Source of the DNA: the human T2T-CHM13v2.0 reference genome, Homo sapiens
Assembly: GCF_009914755.1 (NCBI RefSeq)
Contig: NC_060926.1
Reading direction: 5' to 3' (one strand)
Length of the DNA: 64,000 nucleotides
In this document: piece by piece, positions 20,545 through 64,000 of the stretch
How positions within the stretch are numbered: the stretch's first letter is position 1
Layout: each line of letters begins with the position of its first letter
Program-made: the position numbers and the translations under genes
The notes under the pieces: model-generated
Database searches by the model: none
What the model saw: the letters and a program-made list of their open reading frames with translations, nothing else
Told to the model about the DNA's origin: nothing

Positions 20545-21020
20545 TTAACAGTCATAATAATCCTTTATTAGTACCAGCTCTTAAAATTTTTTTTTTTTGC
20601 CAGAGCTAAACAATTTAATATAAAAAATGCCATTTTTTGTCCATACAGTATTTATAAAAAAGTACATAGTGGTTAGTTTTGCAATAATTTCTTTTTAGCC
20701 AGATGTCATATCATCATATAAATCTATGAATATAACAAATGACATAAGAACAGTATAAATAAGTTTTTGTAGTATTTACACTTACACAGAAACTAGCCCA
20801 AATGGTGTCCTAAGAAATTGTTTACAGTTAAAGTGAAACTACTGATTCAACATACTGACACTCCAATGCTTTTTAAAGTTTCGTATTATTTTCTATACTA
20901 GTTTTGGCTATGATTTTGCATAGAATTACTTATAAAGTATGAGCATTTCACATCACAGTAGGAGCTTTTAGTATAATAGTACAAAAAAACTAGCTCAGAA
21001 AAGGTCAAATCCTCCTAAAT
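20545..21020 (-). other. NFE2L2: NFE2L2 3'UTR
   Basis: Follows the TAG stop at 21021; AATAAA (TTTATT 20564-20569) and ATTAAA (20614-20619); multiple miRNA seed matches. Confidence 0.85.
20564..20569 (-). terminator. NFE2L2: NFE2L2 polyadenylation signal AATAAA
   Basis: TTTATT on +; U/GU-rich sequence downstream on the - strand. Confidence 0.75.
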
Positions 21021-54820
<33,800 letters not shown>

Positions 54821-54908
54821 GATGAGCTGTGGACCGTGTGTTGGGGCTCCCCGACGGCGGCCCTGTTCCGGCTGCCGAGGCGCGGCGCGGACAGGGCGGC
54901 TCTGGTGG

Positions 54909-54923
54909 CGGCGGCGGCGGCGG
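54909..54923 (-). repeat. (CCG)5 trinucleotide repeat in the NFE2L2 5'UTR
   Basis: (CGG)5 on + within an imperfect (CGG/TGG) array 54903-54929. Confidence 0.85.
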
Positions 54924-57387
54924 TGGCGGCTGCGTCGGCGGCTCCTCCGGGCTCCCCGGCACTCGGTAATCGGCTACACGCCGGCGGGCCCCTGCCCCGC
55001 TCCGCCTCCCGCCCCACAAGGGCGGGGCAAGAGTCCGGGCCCTTCCTTCCCCCGCCGGCCGCGCGGGCTGAGCTTCCGAAAATCCCCCACCCGCGCCGGG
55101 GCTGACGCAAGAAGCTCGCGGTCCGGGGGCGGGAAGGGACTGCCAGCTGGGGTCCCAGCAGGCGGGGGACCTAGAGGAGGTCTCCGTTAGCTCCCCGGTG
55201 CCGGCGTTCAGTTTGCCCTCCCCCGCAAATAAGGGCAGCGCTCTCGCCCGCGAGATAAAGAGTTGTTTGCGAAGGTCGCTGGAGTTCGGACGCTTTGAAA
55301 CAGTTTAAACAGTTGGAACAAACACACCCGGAGCCCCGGAAAGGCGTTGGTGTAGGAGCTGCGCCTCCCTGATTTGGAGTTGCAGAACCTTGCCCTGCTT
55401 TTATCTCACTTTACCGCCCGAGAATGGCGCCAGCCGGGGTGGGGGGGGCTAAAGATTTGGACCCAGACCGTGCCACTGCCAACTGCCCTCCCGCCCTTGC
55501 TCCCTTCCCGGGCTGGGGCCAGTGGGCCCTGCCTAGGGGAGATGTGGACAGCTCCGGCAGCTCGTGTTCGCAGTCACCCTGAACGCCCTCCTCTGAACTC
55601 CCACGTGTCTCCATTCTCCTAAGCTCAGGTCGTCAAAGGCAAACGGAGAAGCCCCTTTAGGTCGGAGAGTGGTCAGTATTGCCCACCCAGAGCTGGGAGA
55701 AAAACGGGAACCCCAAGAGAACCTCTTCCCACCAAAGCGCAGCCACCACGCCACAGATGGCGCCCTTCAACAGTGTGTAATACCACAACATGCTGTAATC
55801 GTTTACTCTTTACAAATTTCTTTTTCACGTACTCACAAAATAGTACAAATTAAAAAAAGTTACAAAAACGTTTGTATAGTATTGGCTCATTTTATAAAAA
55901 CGTGCCTAGAAAAAAATTGAAGGTTACCAATATATTAAATGCTGTGGAATCAACGATTTTTATGTTTCTCCTTGTTACTTCCAAGTATGCTTTAAATCTG
56001 CAGTGCGTATGTTTTATGTCTTACATTAAAAACAATTATTTAAAAATTAATCATTGCCCAGAGAAGACTTCAAGTATTTGAAACGAGGAATATTGTGAAC
56101 TCTTATAAGGGTTCAAAGAGGATAGATAAATGGTTTAGTTTTGTTTTTTTCTTCCTCTTCTGCATTTACAATCTTTCTAACTCTATACAAGACTGGTTTT
56201 CAGTTTCTAGCTTCCTGGAATTATTCAAAACCAGGTGAAGTAGATAATACTGGCAGTGGTTTTGCTATTTCATTCAAAAACCACACACACACCCCTGACT
56301 ATAGCAATCAACGCCCAAAAAGCTGCAGAGCTTACTTTCTCTAGGTTGCATAATTTGACACTCCCAGGATTTATGTGTAAATTTGTATATTCAGATATTC
56401 CTTGAGATAAGTGAAGCCTAAATTAATTACTTGTAATTGAAGCAAGCTTCTTTAACTCCTATTAATTCCTTTCAGCTGTTATGTGAAAACCCTGCAACAT
56501 GATCTGCACAATGAAAACAAGTTAGGAGAAAACTGTTTGCAAAGGACCTCACATGAAAGATGCAGAGACATAATAATAAAATAACATTTCTGAGTCCAAG
56601 AAAAAGACAAGAGTAAATTGTTAACAATTCAAGTTACTTATTAAAATTACGACATCAGAGAAGGTAGACAATGAGCCTAGTAGGTAGGAGATACCAGAGT
56701 CATATGACATGGTTACTGCTCTAAAGGAGTTTATAAAGTATTTGGTATTTCCTTGTTAAGCCACAAAATTTCCATTGAGTTTAGACTGAATGAAATAACC
56801 TTCACTTTTCCAATGCTGCAATTTGCTGAGAGTGTGTTATTTCAGGCATCTGCAGAGTACATATTTTCAAAGGGAGGGGAGCAATATGATAAGAGTTTGA
56901 ACTTGTTTAAGAAAAACAAACACTAAGGAAAAGCTGTTTGGCATTTGGTTTAGCCAAATAAAGGGAACCCCATTCTCAAGACCACCCACGTCAAGGAGGT
57001 GCCCAATCTTGGCAGACTCTGGAATGTGATTGTCTTCATATGAGAGCCTGAGCCCTTGCTTTGCCCTCCAAACCTGCCTATTGTGTTAGGAGGGCACAGA
57101 TAATGCATGTTGAGAAGCTCTGGAGGAGCAAGAAAGAACAAGAAAGAGGAGGTGCTGGTTTTTCTCTCCTGTCTTGCTGCCATGGGATCCTTTTTTGCTG
57201 CCAGGCTCTCCTCGCTACTATTTGGGAAAAATACCCTCCAATTGGTTTTATGTTCTATTGACTCTTGTACCTTTTCATTGATTCCTGAATCATTTGCTGT
57301 CTTTGGGAAGACGGCCTTCCCTACATGCTTGAGATGTGTCAATTGTGATACCTTGCTCCAGATTGCTCATAAAAAATAAGCATCATT

Positions 57388-57676
<289 letters not shown>

Positions 57677-57899
57677 GTATCATCAAGTAAGTCTTCTGGG
57701 TATAAGAAGTCTGGATAATGGTGATGCATTGACCCCTTAGTTCCACCTCCTTTGTGCTCCAATCTGCCAAGTTGCAAGGTGCAAGAAAGTACCGATTGTT
57801 TCAAAATCCTCCATCACTTTGAGGCTTCTTCCTCTCTCTGTCACTTCCTCTCAATTGTTCTCCATGTTTGAGCCAGAAAATATTCATAATCTTTTAGAA

Positions 57900-58487
57900 T
57901 TGTAGTTGAAATTCTACTTTGTCCAGTGTAAAGTATAGAAAGCTTCCAAAGATGGCACCCAGTAAACCACCTCTCCTGATATTGAGGCATTTGTCTAGTC
58001 CCCTCATATTGAAACAAGCATGGCTGGCCCTGCAACTTGCTTTAAGGTATGGAAAGAGGCCAGAAGTGACATTATGCCAGGTTTTAACCTAAGCTTGAAA
58101 AAGCCCTGACAGCTTTTAATTTTATACTCTTGGAAGTCAGCCATCATCCTAAGAGGTCTGACTACCTTGATGGAAAGAGAGGCCATGGGAAAAGTCATGG
58201 AAGATGAAACTCTAAATGGAGAGAGAGAGACTATGTGAACCAACACACCAGACATGTGAATGAAGAAACCATCTTGGACCTTCGAGCCCACCTATTCAAG
58301 CCCCCAAAGAACTCCAGCTCCAGCTGCTATATGACTGCAGTCACATACAAGAGACTGTAAGCAAGACCGGCAGAAGACTCCCTGGCTAAGCTAAGTCAAC
58401 ACCAAGAACTGTGAGAAATTATAATAAATCACTTTCAGCTATTAAATTTGGGGGTGGTTTGTTTCATAGCAATTGATAACCAAAACA
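57900..58487 (+). mobile_element. MaLR (MLT1-type) solo LTR
   Basis: CCAGACATGTGAATGAAGAAACCATCTTGGA, AGAACTGTGAGAAA...AATAAA, terminal TTTGGGGGTGGTTTGTTTCATAGCAATTGATAACCAAAACA. Confidence 0.75.
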
Positions 58488-58932
58488 GCATACTGTATGT
58501 ATGGTGACTATCAAAGGCAGGGTTTCCCCTGGCTGCTCTTTGTTTGTTAACCAACATTGGGAGCACAAACAGGGAGATGATACTTGGTGATTTAATAAAA
58601 CTCAGACTCTCAGAAGAAAATGACTTCCCTGGGAATGAGGAAGCTGTCTTTCCCATAACATATCTTTGTTGCTACATACAAAGTAAAAAACCTCATCACA
58701 CCATGCATAAGTTTCATTTTATTAGACGATGGAGAGATAGTCTCCTTATCAAAATACACTTCACGAACACAGACATTTTATCAATGAAGTAGATGGAGGG
58801 ATAAATGCATACAGAGGTTCTGACCGTGATATGACCTCATTTGTGCCAGTTATGTAAGATACTCGCTGAATATCTGCTTAGGGAGTTTGAACTTGAGCAA
58901 CCTGCCCAGTGGATAAACTAAACTCCAGTATA

Positions 58933-59318
<386 letters not shown>

Positions 59319-59624
59319 TCACTGTGCAAACTACTGGTACAATGAGCTGTACATCTCCAAAGCCAGTTTTAACTTGTGTAGTTTCCTGCTCATAAAGAAA
59401 AAGTATCCTGCAGCAACAGCAATGCAGTGAGTAAAGAGAAAAATGTTTAAAAGAGTCCTTTGAATTTTATGTGTTGATACCTATATAAATATATATGCAC
59501 AGAAAAAAAAGACAGAATGCATATACTCCAAAATGTTAACCGTAATTATTTTGACTAGATGGAGACTGATGACTTTTTTTTCTCATTTTTCCATGTTTAC
59601 ATTGTTCTAAATAAATAAACATAC

Positions 59625-59920
59625 TTTTTTTTTTTTGAGACAGGGTCTCGCTCTGTTACCCAGGCTGGAATGCAGTGGTGCTATCATGGCTTATTGCAGC
59701 CTAGACCTCCTGGGATCAAGTAATCTTCCCACTTCAGCCTCCTGAGTAGCTGGGATGACAAGCATGCACCACCATGCCCTGCTAATTTTAAAATTTTTTG
59801 TAGAGGGGGTAGTCTCACTATGTTGCCCAGGCTGGTCTCAAACTCCTGGCCTCAAGCAGTCCTCCTGCCTCAGCCTCCCCAAGTGCTGGGATTACAGGCA
59901 TGAGCCATTGTGACTGGCCA
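59625..59920 (-). mobile_element. Alu (AluJ-like)
   Basis: Antisense diverged body. Confidence 0.88.
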
Positions 59921-60922
59921 GCATACATTACTTTTATAAGAAGAAGAAAAAAGGTGGGAGTAGGGTGTGGGAGTAAGGAAAGAACGTTGCTTTTCTCCCA
60001 TGCCACTGGATCTGTTTTATTTTCAAATTGAATTATAACCACAAGCTTTGTAAATCTTTCCATTTTGTATTTATTTGAGTGGAGCCTGGAGAATTTTACC
60101 ACATCTTTAAGTGTAGTTGTTGTAAGGTTCTAAAGATCCTTTCTCTTCCAATTTACTGCTATATTTGCAACGTTTAACTCAGCAGAACAGGAATTACCAA
60201 AGACAAAATTTTATGAATAGAGATTAAGAACTGCAGCCTCTCAGTAACAGGCAAAGTAGCCCAAACGTAACATCGCTTTGTGGGGAAAATAAAATACAGA
60301 AAAACATTATGCCTAGAGCTATGTCTTCAAGGACAGTTCTCAAATATTAATAATGGGAGTAGAATATCAGATAATTTTCATTTCCATCTTTGTATTTTTC
60401 TGTATTATTCAAATCCTTACAGAAAGCATTTTTAGAATTAAGGGATAAAAACAATTAAACTATTTCCACTTTGAACAAACAAAAAGCAGACTACAACGAA
60501 TGGAAGAGCAGAGCATCCTCATAAACAGACCTTACAGATAATCTATAACATTCTTGGAGGCTGGAAAATAAAAAAGGGAAATGAGATTTGCCAACATAAT
60601 TGTCTCCTGACACTTTCTATTCCATGGACTCTCATTTTGCCCTTTGAGTAATATTAGAATTAAAAAAAAACCTTAGACGTCTTCTGGCCCGGAGATGGGA
60701 AGCAAATTTCACTTTGATTGCCAATTCTGATACATTGGTAGTGGCTGCCTACAGTGCTTTGCTGAAAAGTATTCAAAAACAGCTTCCCAATTTGGTAGAA
60801 AAAGTTCAATGATTGATTAACAATGTCTGCCATGGGCACAGAATTATGAGTGGTGGCACATATCAGGTATGTTTCTTCCTTGATATAGTCCAAATTCCTA
60901 CTTTTACATTTGAGGAAACTGA

Positions 60923-61327
<405 letters not shown>

Positions 61328-62274
61328 TGACTTGGACTTTTAAAGGCAAATCTAGTACTGGGCCAGACTTAAAGGATAAGGTGTAAATTTTATTGACATG
61401 TTGGCACATTATTTTTGGAGGGGATTAATAATCCAGTTTATTAATGATAATAATTATTGTACATATTTTATAAACACTCCCCACAAATCAGGGAGATGCA
61501 ATTAGGCCCAATATTACAAAAATCAGAGGTGACAAAACAATTAAGTGACTGCCTCAAAGCTCAAGGAAATGATTATCTGACAATGGCCCAGGCTTCGTCT
61601 ACTCTAGGTCAGGTCTCTGTAGAGTCTCTTGGCTTGTGCTGTATTTACTGAGAGTACTCACAGCAAAACTCCCTAAAGATTACATTTTTCCACATTCTGT
61701 TTAATGAATTCCCCAAGGACAAAATGATGAAGTATTTTTCACTAGAGAGAAAACTTGCAAACAAATAGGAGAACAGGATTTCTGCATTTAAGAACTTCAG
61801 TGTGAAGGGTAGGGAGAAAGTAAATGAGCTGTTTGCAACTTTAGCCTCTCTACGTACCAGCAGGTTTTTAATTTTTCTTATTTAATGAAAAGGTCTAAGA
61901 GCAAGAATCAAAATGTACTGAGAAGACTATAAGGTGTTAAAACCCTTTTGCTTCTTCCAATAAATTAAATTTCTCTAATTGTGTGATTCTAAAAAGCCTA
62001 ATATGCAGGTAACTTTAATGTCAGTTTAGAGCTATCCCTCCTGTAAGATTCAGGTAACTTGTTCATCACGTTTTCTTTCTCCTGATGAAAGATGGAATAT
62101 TTCAGTCTTTGGAGTTCGTAAACTTTCAAAAATTTGTAACGGTCAGTGTATTAATTCACTTGTCTTTTTCCCTGCTAACAGTTCTTGTATGCTTACTATG
62201 CATAATAACCCGAATTTTTAGATTCTTTATTTCTCTACAATATATTAGGGATATGGAAAGCAATAACAACACAA

Positions 62275-62505
62275 CAAAAACAACAAGTATTTATTGAGTG
62301 CTAAATATGGCCCATGTACTTTATATGGGTTATATCATTTAATCCTCTCAGAAAATCCAAGACAGGTCCTTTACAGTCCCATTTTAGAAATGAGCAAACT
62401 GAGGCCTGGAGAGGTGAGATAATTTTATCTATGGTCAGGTGGTTAGTAAGTAGCTGAACAAATCACTGACTTTAAAGTTCTTAAGCATGAAGATATGCTG
62501 CCTCC
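62275..62505 (-). mobile_element. MIR relic
   Basis: ATTTATTGAGTGCT...ATCATTTAATCCTC...CCCATTTTAGAAATGAGCAAACTGAGGCCTGGAGAGGTGAG core. Confidence 0.7.
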
Positions 62506-64000
62506 CATGCATAGTTCAAAAAATCGTAAAGGTTCATTAGGGAATTTAGGTAGAAATGTTTTCTGAAATGTTTCACCAAAAACTATCCAAGCAATTTATG
62601 TTTCATTTAAAAAACAACAGTTGAATACTTAGTGAGAGAGTTTGAAGGAAGACTCAGTTGAGTTAAACATGGATTCTACTCTGAAGGTCCTTACAGTCCA
62701 GTAAAAAAACATCACACTTGCCCATAGCCAGGAAGTAGCTGATGATGCAAAAGAGGCAGGCAGTTAATGTAGCCAACCTGATAGCTGAGGTCAGGGGTTT
62801 CTCTTTTCATTTTCTGCAAAATTCACATAATATTTTAAAAATAGCTTTAATGAGGTCTAATTGATATAAAATAAATTACATATATATAAAGTACACAATT
62901 TGATAAGTACACACACACAATTGTAGTTATGATTTGTATTTTTCTGATGACTAAAGATGTTGACTATCTTGTCATGGCACTGAGGTTTTAATACATAATG
63001 TAATACTTTCTATACATTGACTGAGAGGAAGGTATGTACCCCTAAAATATGCTTTATTGTTAGAAACTTTGCTGGTTACATAATCAAAGAGGAGTTATGG
63101 TGAAACAATATTATTAACTATGGATAAAATGACACCAAAATTCCAGAAAATATAAAATATGCAACTCAACAAAAACTTGAGTTCTTACAAAAGGAAACTA
63201 TAAAATACCAAGCTTTTACTTTCAACTGGTGCCTGAGAATTTCCTCTGCTACCACACGCTGGTGGACCTACTCATGTTTTCTGAACTGCATTGAGATGCA
63301 ACAACTATTACCTGTTTCTTTCTTTTTCTTGACTGTTCTCCCCTAAATTCCTAGACGACACCATTAACAATTTAAATCAAATTGGTTAAAATATCTATTA
63401 CCTAACCTAATAAGGTCACTGTAGTTTTTTTATTTTTTATTTTTAAAAAAGCTCTAAACACTGAATAAATAAATGTTTTGTGACAACACGGATTCATAAA
63501 CTAGAGGGAGATTTTTTTGTACACTATATATGGAGACATTTCTTGCTAAAGTTTGCCCAGTCTAGCCTCCTGGGAAAGTAAGTACTGTATTAGCAGGAAA
63601 TACATCTTTTCAATTGTCCGCTCTGGTTGGAAGATTAGATAATATGAACACTTGATCTCCTTATAATCAATTCAATTTAATTTAAGAACACTGTTGTGTA
63701 CTGTGTGAAGTGCCTCAGGTAAAACTTGAGTTTATTGAGCATTATGTACAAAGCTCTCCTTCCAAACACTTTGTATGTGTCATTACTAATACTAGCAATA
63801 GCCATTTTACGGGTGATAAAGCCGAGTTCAATCTGATTCAGTAACTTGGCCAAGATTCCATGGAAGAGCTCATGTGAAATTCTAGATTTGGCTGTTTCAA
63901 AACCTTTGCTCTTTTCACTGGGCTAGGCCCCAAGACACCTCCCAATGCTTTGTGAATGATTAAACATTGTAGGGATCACGTTCTATATGATAGTACTTGC

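Noticed and set aside
56950-57379. 130-aa minus-strand ORF upstream of NFE2L2
   Set aside because: Non-ATG start, no recognisable protein features, and no clear splice framework
60421-60560. Possible upstream minus-strand exon (strong acceptor tttccctttttattttccag at 60561; donor TCT|GTAAGG at 60420)
   Set aside because: Weak exonic donor context, and such sites are common; needs junction evidence

Overview
Alu-rich primate (almost certainly human, 2q31.2) genomic DNA holding two complete, convergent, spliced genes. HNRNPA3 is on + (CDS 3042-9529 in 10 coding exons, 378 aa; 3'UTR to ~14190). NFE2L2/NRF2 is on - (CDS 54820-21021 in 5 exons, 605 aa; ~30 kb intron 1). I assembled both CDSs by hand from GT/AG sites, giving 1137 nt and 1818 nt with intact frames. 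Also present: two CpG-island promoters, the MIR4444 and MIR3128 hairpins, a decayed DNAJC19 (TIM14) processed pseudogene, about 35 Alus, and MER1B, MER5, MER2, MER33, MLT1, L1M, L2 and MIR relics. There is no CRISPR array or prokaryotic-type system, and most short ORFs in the track are Alu or CpG-island artefacts. This is a well-studied locus and I see no proven new system. The best leads are: (i) a latent splice/NMD switch in the HNRNPA3 3'UTR; (ii) a 97-aa hydrophobic +1-frame ORF over the hnRNPA3 prion-like domain (altFUS-like); (iii) a spliced divergent transcript from the HNRNPA3 promoter with small ORFs; (iv) clustered ARE motifs and a dense TF module in NFE2L2 intron 1, suggesting autoregulation. 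miRNA, SNP and repeat-family names come from recall, not a database search, and repeat boundaries are approximate.
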